A program made the translations under genes and the position numbers. The notes beneath the pieces are model-generated. The model had not been told where the DNA came from. It did not search any database and was given only the letters and a program-made list of their open reading frames with translations. From the human T2T-CHM13v2.0 reference genome, Homo sapiens: 64,000 nt of DNA. Positions 29,879 through 45,140 of this stretch are shown piece by piece. The stretch's first letter is position 1. Each line of letters opens with the position of its first letter. The DNA lies in assembly GCF_009914755.1 (NCBI RefSeq), contig NC_060947.1; one strand, written 5' to 3'.

Positions 29879-30455
29879 CCATGCTCTATCTAGGTACTGT
29901 AATCTTTCATCAAGATTCCTTAGCTTTTGTGAAAGGATTTTCAGGCATGGATGTGAGACAGTCAGGTGAAAAGGGCTCCCTGGCAGAGGCTCCGACTAAC
30001 CTGCACACTGGGAGGAGCATACACAGTGGCAGAGCCACAGAAGTTCTTGCCATTTGCAGTGGGGAAGAGCCCGGCCCCTCCTCTTCCTGTGTGGAATCTG
30101 GGATTCAAGCTGCAAGGCAGTAAACACACTAGCAGGAACTATGACCTTGCAGAGAGTGCCTGTTTCCCCATGCTCTATCTAGGTACTGTAATCTTTCACC
30201 AAGATTCCTTAGCTTTTGTGAAAGGATTTTCAGGCATGGATGTGAGACAGTCAGGTGAAAGGGCTCCCTGGCAGAGGCTCCAACTGACCTGCACACTGGA
30301 AGGAGCATACACTGTGGCAGAGCCACAGAAGTTCTTGCCATTTGCAGTGGGAGGAGCCCGGCCCCTCCTCTTCCTGTGTGGAATCTGGGATTCAAGCTGC
30401 AAGGCAGGAAACACACTAGCAGGAACTCTGACCTTGCGGAGAATGCCTGTTCCCC
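29879..30455. repeat. 289-bp direct tandem duplication (two copies)
   Basis: atgctctatctaggtactgtaatc... starts at 29881 and again at 30170. The copies differ at only a few percent of positions. Confidence 0.95.
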
Positions 30456-30588
30456 CAACCATTTTTTTTTCCATTTCACCCAATAAAACCCTGCCTTACT
30501 CAATCTTTAAATAGTCTGCAAGCCTAAATTCTGATGGCCATGGGACAAGGACCTGTCTTTAGGTGAACTGAGGAAAAATCCTGCAATA
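29954..30588 (+). mobile_element. ERV1 solo LTR (MER61-like): partial copy 29954-30167 plus complete copy 30243-30588
   Basis: Begins tgagacagtcaggtg, AATAAA at 30482-30487, ends aaatcctgcaata. Flanks gatg / gata resemble a 4-bp TSD. Family recalled, not searched. Confidence 0.6.
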
Positions 30589-31149
30589 GATAGTTGTTGA
30601 AATTGATGTTTCTGTGAGGGAACTAGCACTGAAAACACCTATTCTACAATTTTGTTGACTTCACTCCCCTATTTTCACTATCTAAGTGAGAAATCTGAGA
30701 GTATTTGAGTAGGCCACACTTATATCAATATAAGAAGAAGATAATTTGTGAGTTCTTACACTAGAAGATGGAGTTTTTTTTTCATGTAGACTGGAAACTC
30801 CAGGGTTGTCTCAAGATAAAACTGAAGCTCCACAGGAAGTCAAAGAGCTTGTATCTTTATATTTTTCCTATTTCAATCTTATTAACTATTAGAGAGCCAG
30901 GAAGGCTCTGCATTAGTTGGAAAAAAAGTACTATGGAATCCTCAGAAGAGTTCTATCCAGAGGGCTAAATTTAGTATTACTTAATTTTTTTGACAAACCA
31001 ATTAAAATCAGGTATTATGAGGATAGTCCCAGATTGGGGAGATGTCACACACTAACTTAACTGGACTTTCCCATACTTCTTATTTCAAAATTTCAGGTTT
31101 TGTTTGATTGGACTGAAACAGCACTTATTTTCTTGTTTTTGTTTTTAAC

Positions 31150-33010
31150 AAACAAATGTATTGGCATATACATTCAGAAAAGTGCACAGTGCATAGATCA
31201 TAGATGTGAAGCTCAGTAAATTTTCACAAAGCAATTTTCACAAACCTATAGAAGCATTAGGCATATCAAGAAACAGAATACTTTCAGCATTTCCAGAACC
31301 CTGGAAGCCCTTCTTGTGTGCCCTTCTAATCACTACCCCCCATCTTTTTTTCATTGCATTATTTTCCTTTTTGTCTCCATTATTGAATTTTAATAGTTGT
31401 TTGTATAGATATTCTAGATACAAGTCTCTTATCAGATATATGATTCATAAAAGTTTTCTTCCATTCTGTGGGTTATCTTTTCACTTATTGATGGGGTCCT
31501 TTGAAGTACAGCATGTTTTAATTTTGATGACGTTCAATGTACCTACTATTTTCTTTTCTCTCTTGTGCTTTGTCTTATTTAAGAAGTGGCTGACTGATCC
31601 AAAGTCATGAAAATTTAAGCCCATGTTTTCTTCTAAGGGTTTTATAGTTTTATCTCATATATTTAGGTCTTTGATTCATTTTGGGTTAATTTTTGTATAT
31701 GGTATTGGTTAATTGTTATTATAAGTTATTTTGCATATGAATATCTAGCTGTCTCAACAACCTTCATTGTAAAGACTATCCTTCCCTCACTGAATTTCCG
31801 TGGTACTTAGTTGAAAATCAACTGGAGAGATAGATTGTAGATAGATAGATAGGAAGGGAGTTTAGTCCATTTTTACCCCTTGCAGCCCTTCTGCCTTGTG
31901 AGGACACAGCATTCTTCCCCTCCAGAATCTGCAGCAACAAAGCACCATCTTGTAAGCAGAGATGGGGCTCTCACCAGACACCAAACTTGCTGGTGCCTTG
32001 ATCTCAAAATTGCAACCTCCAGAACTGTGAGAGATAAATTTCTGTTCTTGTCAATTACCCAGTCACAGGTATTTTGTTATAGCAGAACAAATGGACTAAA
32101 ACAAATGTGTAGATCAATTCTGGGGAGTTTTGCCTTCTTAAAATATTATATATTGTGATCAGTATGGGATGTTTTTCTGTTTATTTAGGTCTTTAATTTT
32201 TTGACAATTTTGTTGTTTCAGGGTATAAGTTTTGCACTCCTTTTGTTAAATTAATTCTTAACTTTTTAATGATATTGTAAGTGGAATTTTTAAAATTTTA
32301 TTTTACACTTGTTTACTGCTATTCGATCTCCCTCCATCTCATTCTTCCTCCTTGGTGTTCGGTGGCATTGACACTACCCTGGTGAGGGAATCAGTCAAGT
32401 ACTGCTTGCTTCCTTCAGGCAGAAGTGGAAGATCAGCTCCCTGATGGGCCCTATTGGCAGCACTAAATGAGAGAATCCCAGATCTTCTGCTCCTGTCAAG
32501 TGGAGATGGAACACCAGTCTCCTGTTCAGGAGATAAGAAGATTAGCTCCCTGCTTGGCCCTGCTGTATCATCTGCTTCTTTGGGGGGTAGTAAAGATGGT
32601 GCAGTGGGCTGGAATATCAGCTGGAAGTAGAGCTGTGTATTTTTCATTGATTTTTTGCTAGAGTAGGGTGGGAATTGTCAGAAATATTTCCTTTTGTTAG
32701 ATTATTATTTCCCTAGGTCTTTGAATGTGGGAAACAGACTTTTCTGGTAGCATTTCTATGCCTGCCCATTGATGGTTCTAGGTAGGAGGCTTTTGGAGTG
32801 GCTTGTTTAGAATATGTGGGGACAGTCAGCAAACCCAGGAAACTTGTCACCTTGTCATTCATCAAGTCCCGAGGTCCTTAGCAGCCTACCTTCTTCTTTC
32901 TATCTTTCAGAGCCTTCCTATGCTTGTTCGTTATTAGGTCCAGGATTTTTTGGTTGTAAGTAGGAGGGCCTAGGAGAAATGGGTTACTCAATCTTGGCAG
33001 AATTGGAAGT
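31150..33010 (-). mobile_element. Ancient L1M fragments
   Basis: Degenerate L1 ORF2/3'UTR motifs (ttagg tctttgattcattttgggttaatttttgtatatgg). Confidence 0.55.
31860..32103 (+). mobile_element. MaLR (MLT1/MST-like) LTR 3' part
   Basis: gtgaggacacagc...ctccagaactgtgagagataaatttctg...tttgttatagcagaacaaatggactaaaaca. Confidence 0.75.
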
Positions 33011-34253
33011 TATCTTTACCATTTTCTAGGAAAAACTGTTTCATTGCATCCTTATAATTGGTAGGCAACAGGTCCTGAAAGGAAAACCAAAAATCAATTT
33101 AACTAAAATGCTTCATCTTGTCATTAACTCATAGAACTTCCAGGCTGAAGGGGGGTCTTACATAATCTAGTCTCACTTTCTCATTTTACAGTAGAAAAAA
33201 CAAGGTTCAAAATAAATGGTAAGAGTTGCTCTAAATCACACAGCAAATTGGAAATGGTACCAAAACTAGAAACTAGACGTTTGAACCCCCAGCCCTTTTC
33301 ACTAAGCCATTCTGCCTCTCATCAACATTCTTTATTATCTTCAAATGTCAATATGTTTATTAAAAAAAACTCATTTGTGTTGTTTGTCTTAGAATGTACG
33401 TGATCAGAGGGAACTTACATCTGTACCAGGTTTGACATGGCACCAGGAAGAACAAGATGTATCAAGACGTATAATTGTTGCTTTCTAATAATGATGGCAA
33501 CACACCTTTAAGGGAAAGGAAGAAAAAAGAACAAAAGCTTATTACCTTTCTAACATCACTTTGAGGAAGCCATTTCCTAACCAGCAACCAATTAATCAAA
33601 ATCAAAGTCATCAGGGAGAAATTCAGTATTTCAGCCTTGGATGTGGATTCAGGTTTGAACATATGTTCAGCTCAGAGTTCACCATTGGTTCCATTTCAAA
33701 ATCCTTTCATTCAATCTCTATGATGGTGAACCGTAAGTTTTAGGTAAAAATCTTAAACTCTTTCTCAGTTGAGTGAGTTATCAGAAGAATCCTGAACCTC
33801 TGTATAAAGGTCTTTAGGCCTTCCAATAACATTTTCATATCCATGATCTCATCTGATCTTGAGAGACCCCAGGATGTGGGTCTGGTGGCCAGGATGTTTT
33901 ATTTCTTATTTAGCAGATGAGGATTTCAAGGCCATTGCTATTAAGTGAAAGTTCTGAGATCATAAAAAGAAGAAAAAAATTGTGCCAAACCAAGATCAAA
34001 TCCAGGCCACCCAACTTTTCACTATTGTATCATGTCACAGAAAAAAGAAAATGAAACAGAAATGCCCAGAATCATATTTCCTTAGAATTTGTTCAGTCCT
34101 TTGAAGCAGTCTTACTGAGTGATTTGGTCCAGCCTGGGCAGCTATTTCCTGCTCTGCTGTTGCAACACCCAGAGCAATTCCATTTAGTGTCGTCAACTTT
34201 GCAAGAATATGAAGTTAATTTTCTAGAGAGAAATTATTTAAAAATCACCATAA

Positions 34254-34570
<317 letters not shown>

Positions 34571-34699
34571 CTATGAGGCATGAAGATTGCCATAAAACCC
34601 TACAAACTGATGAAAAGTTACATTTTAGAGAGTTTGAGGAATAACATTCATAGTGAGTAGTCTAGCATGAGAGATTTGAGCTCAGTTGCAGTTGTGTTA

Positions 34700-35030
34700 A
34701 AGAGAAAGTAAGTAACAGATAAGGAGAGACAGAGACCACCAAAGATGCAGAGAGACAAAGGCAGAGACACATACAGAAGCTGGAAATAGAAAAAGAAGAG
34801 AGTTGTGAGACAAATAAGGAAGACTGAAATAGAAAAAAATTGAAGAAGAGAAAAATGGGAATGAGGAGTGAGGGAGAAGAGAATAAAGATGAAGAGAAAA
34901 GAAAATGTGAGTAGAAAATGGTACAAGGACAAGGAAATGGACTTAATAGGAGAGGGAGAGAAGTGAATGAGAAAAAAGGAGAGGAGACAGATGAAGAAAG
35001 AAGAAAAAATTTTAAGTAAGAGACCATAAG
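34700..35030. repeat. GA-rich low-complexity purine tract
   Basis: Strongly A/G-biased + strand. Generates the Phe/Leu/Ser-rich ORFs on the minus strand. Confidence 0.8.
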
Positions 35031-37140
35031 ACACACACACAAAAGCAGTTATCTTAGTTATTTTTACTTTTATTTTTTGATGCATTTCAGACATGGAGCT
35101 GTGTAATCAGGTACTGAGTTGTGGTCATAACCATGGCTACAGAAGGGCATATAGGCAACTGATGGTAGTGAGCAGTGGAAGAATTCTTACAAAAGTCTCT
35201 TGCATTTACGTATCTCTTTAAGTTATCACTTTTAAATTTACAAAGCCCCTCAAATACATTATCTCATAGAAATGACTTATTTAGGGTGCCCAGACTTTAT
35301 AACCTTTTTCCTTTATTCTTTTCTAGCTAACTCTGAAACAAAAAGTGAATTTACAGGGACCTTGTAAGAAAACTAGTATAAAAATGCAAGTCATGGTTTA
35401 CATGTATTTAAACACTATATTACTATTTTTTCTCTCAGTCTCCTAATGGAATGAAGTGTTTTCTTTAGCAATAAGCCATTTCAGTGCATGATGGAATTTA
35501 GATTCTGTATTTTACTCTCATGAATTTACCTGTATCAGATCACATAACAGGGCCCTTCTTTCCAGAAAGTTCCCTTGTTGATCAAAAATACCACATAATG
35601 GGTTGAGCCTCACTCCTAGAAATTTCACTTTATTCATCAAGACTTCTATTGATCAAGATTTATGTAGTAAAAAGTCTTTGTTTTTAAAAGAGTGTAGCTA
35701 AGTCTTCGCTTTTCCTGAAACCAAGTTTTTTTGTTTTTTGCCAGAAGAGCCATTTAAATCTAAGCATTCATCAGGTGATTAGATTTTGGTGGATCTACTT
35801 TATACTTTTTGTAGTGTGTGCCAGCATTACTATTCCTTGATGCATCTATCCAACAGATATTTACTTATCTGCAGAACATTATGCCAGGCTGTAAGAGATC
35901 CCAGTAATAAACCCAGTAATCCTGCTTTTAAATAATACTCATATTTTCATTCACATTGGGCTTGGGAATCAGACTTCTAAGTGTCTGCAATAGCCACTGC
36001 TCTTCTTTCCACTGCCAGAATGAGTAAGGAAGGAAAGATAACATGCCATGTGAGTCATGTATTTTGGTCCTGGTGATTAGGGAGATGATAGATATCTCAG
36101 TGAGGTCACTCTCACACCTAAGACAAAACTCCCACATTGAATTGCCAGAAAGTATTTTAAGAGGTTATTGAACTAAAAGCTATGCTGCTTGATACCAATT
36201 AAAAAATGCTCTAGGATTTTGGAGGAGAAAGTAGTTCATGAAGGCTGGAGTTTTCAGAGAAGACTTTCTGGACAAGGTGGGACTTCAATTTGTCCTTGAA
36301 AGATAGGAAAGACTTGTATTAATGGAAATTGAGGAAAAGAGCATTCTAAGTAGAATGGGGGTGATGAGTCAAATATGTTTATACCCCTAAACTAGGCTCT
36401 GGGCATAAACTGACATTGCCTTTTGGCATCTATAATGTTCTTTTGCCTTACATTATTTTTACATCTAACCATTGCCGGAGATAAAAAATGTCCAAAAAAG
36501 TTCTTATAAAAATTGAAATAAATCAGAGAAGCAGAATGATAACTTTCCTTGACTAAAACATAGCAGTCAGAACTCTTGGTCAAAATTATGGAGACTTCAC
36601 AGATAATGCTAGCTTACATTTGGTATTTAGAGAATGATTACATATATGTATTTTATTGACAAATCATAGTTATATGCATTTATGGGGTACCATATGATGT
36701 TTTGATATATATATACAATAAAAACATAATTAAATCAAGCTAATTAACATATCCATCATCATGCTTACCTATCGTTTTTTATGGTTACACATTTGAAATT
36801 TACTCAGTTATTTTTAATTATATATAATACATTATTATTGACTATTGTCTCCTTACTGTTCAATAGACCTCAAAACCTATTCTACCTGTCTATATAAAAC
36901 TTTGTAGCCTTTGATCAATAGCTCCCCAGTCCCTCTACCCCACCCCAGACTCTGGTAACCATCGTTCGCCTTTTCGCTTCCATGAGTTCAACTTTATTAG
37001 ATTCCTCACATAAGAGAGATCATGCCATATTTGTCTTTATGAGCCTGGCTTATTTCACTTAGCATAATGTCTTACAGATTAATCCATGGTGTCACAAATA
37101 ACAGGATCCCACCCCCCTTTTAAAAGTAAAAGCTGTTTAG

Positions 37141-37569
<429 letters not shown>

Positions 37570-38629
37570 TGAGTAATGCTGCAATGACCATGAGAGTGCA
37601 GATATCCCTTTGACATGTTGATTTCAGTTATTTTGGTTATACGCCCAGACGTGGGATTACTGGGTTGTATGGTATTTCTTTTTTAGTTTTTTTGAGGAAC
37701 TGCCATACTGTTTTCCGTAATGGCTCTATTAATTTACATTCCCACCAACAACGTATAAGAGTTTCCTTTTCTCTGCATCCTCTCCAACTCTTATCTTTCA
37801 TCTTTTTGATAAAAACTATTCCAGCAGTTGTGAATTAATATCTTATTGTGATTTTAATTTGCATTTCCTTAATGATTAGTGATTTTAAGGATTTTTTTTC
37901 ACATACCTATTGGCCATTCATAGGTCTTCTTTGGAGTAATGTCTGCTCAGATCTTTTTCCCTTTTAAAAATCAGGTTCTTTTTTTTTCTTGCTATTTAGT
38001 TGTTGAGGTTTTTATATATTTTGGATATTAATCCTTTATCAAATGTATGGTTTGCAAATATTTTCTCCCATTCTGGAAGTAATGTCTTCACTTTGTTGAT
38101 TGATTCCTTTGCTGTGCAAAGGCTTTTTAGTTGATTCCTTTGCTGTGCAAAGGGTTTTTAGTTTGATGCCATTCCATTTGTCTATTTTTGCTTTTGTTGT
38201 CTGTGCTTTTAGGGTCATATCCAAAAAATCATTTCCCAGACAAATATTGTGAAGGCTTTTCTCCTATGTTTTATTCTAGTAGTTTTACAGTTTCGGGTCT
38301 TATATCTAAGTCTTTAATTCATTTTGAGTTAATTTTTGTATATGGCATAAGGGTCTAATTTCATTATTCTTTATGTGGATATCCACATTTTTCAACACCA
38401 CTTATTGAAGAGACTGTTCTTCCCCCCATTGTGTGCTCTTGGTACCTTTGTTGAAGTAAGTTGATGGTAAATGCATGGATTTATTTTTATGTTCTATATT
38501 CTATTCCATTGGTTTATGTATATGTTTTTATGCCAGTACTATGCTATTTTGATTGCAATCACTTCATTATATGTTTTGAAATTAATGAGTGTGATGCATC
38601 CAGATTTGTTCTTTCTGTAAAGATTGTTT

Positions 38630-38906
<277 letters not shown>

Positions 38907-41546
38907 TTATTCAGGGTTTTTTGGATTGTTTTTTCTTTTCTTTAAAAATAAAATTGGAATTTCCATAAGGATTGCATTGAATCTGTAGATCATTTTGGGT
39001 AGTACGGACAGTTTCACAATATTAACTAGGTAACCTAGAAAAATGGATAAATCCCTAGACAGATATAACCTATTAAGGCTGAATCATAAAAGAAATAGAA
39101 AATCTGAACAAAGAATAAGGAGATGGAATTGGCAATAAAATGTTTTCCACCAGGGAAACGCCCAGAACCAGACAGCTTCACTGCTAAATTCTACCAAACA
39201 TTTAAAGAAGAATTAATGCCAATTCTTCTCAAACACTTCCAAAAAAATTACAATAAAGGTAAGACTTTCAAACTCATTGTAAGAGGCTAGAATTACTCTG
39301 ATATCAAAGCCAGACAGGGACACTACAAGAAAAGAAAATGATAGGCCAATATCCCTAATGAACATAGATGCAAAAATCCTCAACAAAGTACTAGCAAAGT
39401 GAATTCAAGAACACATTAAAAATAATCATTTCATGATCAAACAGGATTTATCTCGGGGATACAAAGGCAGTTCAACAAATGCTAATCAACAATTGTAATA
39501 CACAATATAGAAAAAAATAAAGGATAAAAATCATATGATCATCTCAATAGAAAAAAAATGGAAAAAATCCAATATCCTTTCAAGATAAAAACTTACAACA
39601 GATTACGTATAGAGGGAATGTACCTCAACACAAGAAAGGCCTTATGTGACAAACCTGTAGATAACATCATTCTCAACAGTAAAAAGTTGAAATATTTTCC
39701 TCTAAGATACGTTCCTTTAAGGAACAGGACAAGGATGCTCACTCTCACCACTTCTTTTTAACATAGTACTAGAAGTTCTAGCTGAGCAATTAGGCAAGAG
39801 AAAGAAGTAAAATGCACCTTAATAGGAAAACAAGAAGTCAGATTGTCTCTATTTGCTGGTGACACGATCTTATATAGAGAAAACACTAAAGACTCTACTA
39901 AAACACTATTAGAACTGAATCCAGTGAAGTTGCAGAATACAAAGTCAGCATACAAAAAGCAGTAATGTTTCTATATAGTAATAATGAACAATACAAAAAG
40001 GAAATTAAGAAAGCAATCCCATTTACAATAGAAACAAAACATTAAATACTTAGGTGTAAAACTGAGAACTATAAAACACTGATGAAAGAAATAGAAAAAA
40101 AAGCACAGATAAATGGAAAGATATTCATATTCCATGTTCACGAATTAGAATTAATGTTTTGTTTTTATTTTTAAAGTAATTTCTGGTAACATTAGTTTTG
40201 TAAACTATTAAAACATTACAGATTTAATGATACACAGACAGTGTATATACATACACTCTCTTCTACCCCTTAGGTTCTTTACATGATTTTACTAGTTTGT
40301 GTCTTTGTATGTGTGTACTTCTGTGTATGTTTTACATAAATGACATATCTTGTGTAATGGAATGTGTAATTATGCAGTTTTATGTATTGTTTCATAGCTG
40401 TACAATTATGTATGTTTATAGTTGTACACGTACATATGTTTTACCTAAAGAAAATATGCAATATTAATTAGCATATTTTTGAACATAAGTGGTATATCAT
40501 TTTGTGCCTGCTCCAGTCAGTCTGAAATGTATATCTTTGTAACACAAAATTGACTTATTGTTTTTCGTTGTTGATGCTGTTTTTTAATCTAATCAGCATA
40601 TTATTTTTTCCTATTATTCTATTATGAAAAATTTCAACAAACAGCAAGCTTGAAAGAATCTTACAGGGAATGTCCATATACATATTGCGTAGATTCTACC
40701 ATTAACATTTTACTATGCTTCCTTTATCACATCTATGAATCTATGAATTGCTGTATTTAGCCATAAATCCATCTTAAATTTTTTGCCTTGTTTTAAACTG
40801 TCACATAGCATTTTGTAGAATTGTGGTAACATGGTTTGTCTGAGGTTTATTTCTATTACATACAATGCTGCAATTAATATTCTTGTCTATTTGTGCCCAT
40901 TTCAGTGAATAATTAGGAGCAGGAATTTCTGTAATATACATAGTAAATATATTTTAAATATTTAGTAGATACTAACACATTACTTTCCACAGTAGTTCTA
41001 CCAATTTATAGTTCTCATTAGAGTATGAGAGGCTTGTTTCCTCACTTACTTTCACACGCCTTCGTCAATTTCTAAAATGTTTTAAAAATGCCCGTCAATG
41101 TAGTGGATTGGCGATGGATTTTGCTACTTTTATTTGCAATTTGTATTTCTATGATTACTAGTGATTTGAGCTTCTTTCCATGTTTGATTGTCCACTTTGG
41201 TTTTTGTTTTCATTCTTATCCTTTGACTATAATTTCACTGGGTTATCTTTTTCACATATATTCTGAATAGTAATTATCTGTTATATATGTGGTGAATAAT
41301 TTTCCTTGTTTATTGCTCATCTTTCCACTTTACTTACGTTTTTGTGTACAGAACTATTCCATTTTACATTTATATGGCCCTTTTAGTTGATCTTCAGGAC
41401 AACCTGTGAAGTTAACAAGCAAGATGGTTTTATCCTCATTTTATAGGACTCTAAATTGTAGAGAGATTTTTTAAAAAAAATCCTGTCCAATAACAAGCAG
41501 CTAGTGTGTGTCAATAGCAGGACTCAGAGTTAGGTCTGTTGACCCC

Positions 41547-42255
41547 TGTGTTAGTTTCCTATTGCTACTATAATAAATTAGTAAAAACCTGGTTTCTTAA
41601 AATAACATATGTTTATTTATTTGGGTTTTTTCTTCAACTTTATTTTAAGTTCAGGGGTACATATGCAGGATGTGCAGGTTTGTTACATTGGTACATGGTG
41701 GTCTGCTGCACAGATCATCCAATCACTTAGGTATTAAGCCCAGAATCCATTGACTATTCTTCCTGATGCTCTTCCTCCCCCTACCCGTCCCTACCTCCTC
41801 CAACAGGCCCCAGTATGTGTTGTTTCCCTCCCATGTGTCCATGTAACAGCATGTATTTTTTATCTTATAGTTTTAATAGGTTAGAAGTCTAAAATGGGTC
41901 TCACTGTGGTTACTTCTGGAGTATCCAGGGACAATCTATTTACTTGACTTTTCTAGCTTCTAGAGACCTAAATTCCCCACTTCATGGCCCTCTTCCTCTA
42001 TCTTCAAAGCTAGAAACAGTGAATTGAGTACTTCTCATACTTCATTACTCCAACCTTCTCTCCTATTTCTCTCTTCTACTTTAAATAACCTTTGTAATGA
42101 TACTGGACCTACCCAGACAATCCAGGATACTCTTTCCATTTTAAGAACAGCTGATTATTAATGTTAATTTCCCTTTGCTATGTAATATAACACATTCACA
42201 TGTTCCAGGGATTGGAACATGAACATTTTTGGGAGAGGCGTTATTCTGTCTACCT
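41547..42255 (-). mobile_element. MLT1 LTR interrupted by a short L1PA 3' end
   Basis: tgtgttagtttcctattgctactataataaatt...acattcacatgttccagggattgg...ttattctgtctacc. Confidence 0.75.
41612..41845 (-). mobile_element. Short L1PA 3' end
   Basis: ttttattttaagttcaggggtacatatgcaggatgtgcaggtttgttac...ccatgtgtccatgt. Confidence 0.85.
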
Positions 42256-43749
42256 CAACCCTCAATCCACTGTCTTTTTCACTTAACAGACTAACAAGTA
42301 GCCAGAGGAGTAGTAGGGCTAAGATCAATAGGTTTGGAAAGTAGGGTTGAGAAGGGACACAACTGCCACTACCTAGGATATACCTTTTATTGTGTTCACA
42401 TTTCTTAGAAGAGCAGTTGTATTTTAAGAATGTCTGGGTGTTCTGTATATGAACAGAGTCAGGGTTTGAAATTGCACACAATTCATTTTTTCATAATGGT
42501 GAACTTTCCATAGAGTCTCTCATGCAAACACAGAGTCTGTAAGTTGTGATCAGACACTTATGCATGCCTTCTGGATGTCTGTGGGTTCTAATCCAAAAGC
42601 CTGAGTCACAGAACCTTGAAATATGAGAGCTGAAAGGGACCTCAAAGGCCAGCTAACACAAGGCTCTTATTTTCCATGTGAGAGGACTGAAGTCCAAAGA
42701 AGGGAAATAGCCTACTCCAGGTAACACATAGGTTTGTGGCAGAGAGGACTGGAATGAAGTCCTCACTATTGTGCCCAATTATATCAAACTAAGTTGTCAT
42801 TTTGGAGAGGAAGCATGGGATTTTTTTAGTCCCTTAAATAATATCATGAACATGATCACTTCCTTCAACCAGTGATTAGGCCAGCCATCATAGAAGCATT
42901 TTCTAACACGGTTCTGTGGGGATGAAGAAAGTATTGGGCATGACAACAAAGAAAAATGGGGTTCGAAAGTCAGAACTGCATTGTAGGTGCCCAAGGAAAA
43001 AAAACACTCTCCAAAAGACAGCTACTTCTTTTGCTGTGAGAGGAGGGCGAGACGGCACTAACTGGCATTTTTGCTGAGGAGTTCTAAATTCACTAGAAAA
43101 AGGAACCAATGAACAGAAGGTAGAAGGCAGCATATATTTGGCTATTTAATATGGGAAAAGATAATCTAGAGTTGCCTTGAGAGATAATTGAGTGAGTTCT
43201 CAGTTATTACATGTATCCAAGCAAGAGTTCATATAGCCATTTGGAAATGATGCTGTGGATATATTTGGGAGTTTTCAAGTTAATTTTACCAAAATTTATT
43301 CCTTCAAATGAAAGGCTATGTGGCTGCATTTACCCATTTAATGTGTATCCATTCTATTAAATGGATAAATGAAGCCTTCTGAAGAGCCCTATGAGGCAAC
43401 ATAATTTGAAAGCAAATGACAACCATGCCTTCTGAGGCTTCATTTTGTTCACTATTCTTCTAACCCAAGGTAACCAAGGATAATTTGGGGGTTAGGTGCT
43501 TAGAGGAATAGGACTGGGCCAGTGGATGGATTGATTGGAAAAGTACAGGGGTTGGTAGTGACATACACACAGTCCTTTTAGAAACAAACTTGGTCAAACA
43601 ATGGAACTGTCAGGTACAATCAAGTCAACCTTTTAACTAGAAAAGCCTCAAGTCATCTTCTGAAATGTGAAGTTAACACGCACTTTTTTTTCTAGTAGGA
43701 TCTTGCTGACCTTGAAGGTCAGCTCTAAGGCTGCTGTCTTATTCTTTCA

Positions 43750-44567
43750 CTAATCATTCATGTATTCATTCATCCAGCAAATATTTATTGAGCACCAACT
43801 CTGTATCAAGTGCTGTGCTAGGCATTGAGGCTACAGTAGGGAGCAAGAAAAATGTAATCCCTGACCCCACAGAGCTTCCATTATACGGTGAGGAGAGAGT
43901 TAAGCAAACAATTTCAACAAATTGTTGTTAGATGTACGGGGTGACTTGGGAGCACATCACAGGAGGACCTCACCCAGAAGCATAGAAAGTCAGGGAAAAC
44001 CTCTTAGAGGAAGGGACTTCTAAACTGAGACCCAAAAAATGAGTGGGTGAATGAATAGGTGAAAAAGTGATTGAGGCAGATGAAACAACATATCAGAATC
44101 TGTTGGAGGGAAGAGAGAGCACCATGCACATTGGAAACTGACAAACTGACAGACCTCTGGCATGGGTGGGACGCATTGAGTGTGAGGAGAGGAAGGGCAA
44201 GCAGTGACCTAGAAAGATTAGGAAGGGCTGGGCCATAAAAATGCCATATAGGCCATGTTAAGAAGTTTGATCTTTATCCTAGTGAAATAATAAGGAATTA
44301 ATTTTCTTAATGTAACAGATATGAGTTTCTTGAGAGAATAGAAATACAAAGAAGACAACAAAAGTGGCTTCATATTCACTTTCCAAGTGACCTTTTTTTA
44401 AAAACAAAAGTAACTAATATATAAGGCTTGAAAATCTAAACAGTTCAAAACGAAAAATGAAAGTCACGCTTCCCCCAACCAAGTTACTCTCCCCAAGGAA
44501 AACCACCATTAAGAATATTTTGTGTTATTTCCAGAAGAAATATTCATTGTCCCCTCATGTAAGTATG

Positions 44568-44599
<32 letters not shown>

Positions 44600-45140
44600 G
44601 AGATATCTATATCTCTATGTATGACCAATCACAATATGCTCACTCTTTTGCACCTTGCTTTTTATTTAATGACATATATTGAAAATATTTTCATATGTGC
44701 ATTCACACACACACACACACACACACATATACGAAATATTTCATCAGTTTGAGTGTCATCCTTACTAGAGAGTCTTACTAATATCATTATTATTCCAACT
44801 TTAGTCAATAAGGGAGGCATTGCTGGGGGATTTTAAGCAATAAGGATTTACAACCACTTTTGTGTTATGGGAAAAATAGCTTTGACTGTTATTTGAAGAC
44901 CAGATTATGGGGGGTCAAGAGTGGAGTCATAAAGAATTATAAGGAGGCTATTACGCTGGTCCAATTAAAAGATTATGGTGACTTAGACCAAGTCCATGGC
45001 GGTGGAGATAGAGAGAAGTGGGTGCATTGAGAAAAAGATGTAAAATATAAATATGACAGGACATATCAATGAAATGGTTGTAGAGAGTGAGAGAGAAGAG
45101 AGTAATCTCAGATGACATTCAAGTCTCTGGCTTGGTATAT
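43750..45140 (-). mobile_element. L2 fragments (43750-44290 and 44815-45140)
   Basis: L2 3' terminus as reverse complement (attcattcatccagcaaatatttattgagcacc), followed by typical L2 body motifs. Confidence 0.7.
44574..44729. repeat. (TG)n and (CA)n microsatellites
   Basis: About 12 TG units at 44574-44599 and about 12 CA units at 44704-44728. Confidence 0.9.

Noticed and set aside
29966-30514. 182-aa ORF with an internal repeat
   Set aside because: Arises from the 289-bp LTR/L1 duplication, starts at GTG and has no recognisable protein features.
34648-35094. Hydrophobic 148-aa and 126-aa ORFs as membrane proteins
   Set aside because: Artefact of the CT-rich strand of a GA low-complexity tract.
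44574-44729. (TG)n...(CA)n fold-back as a structured RNA
   Set aside because: The complementarity is due only to two common microsatellites, with no other support.
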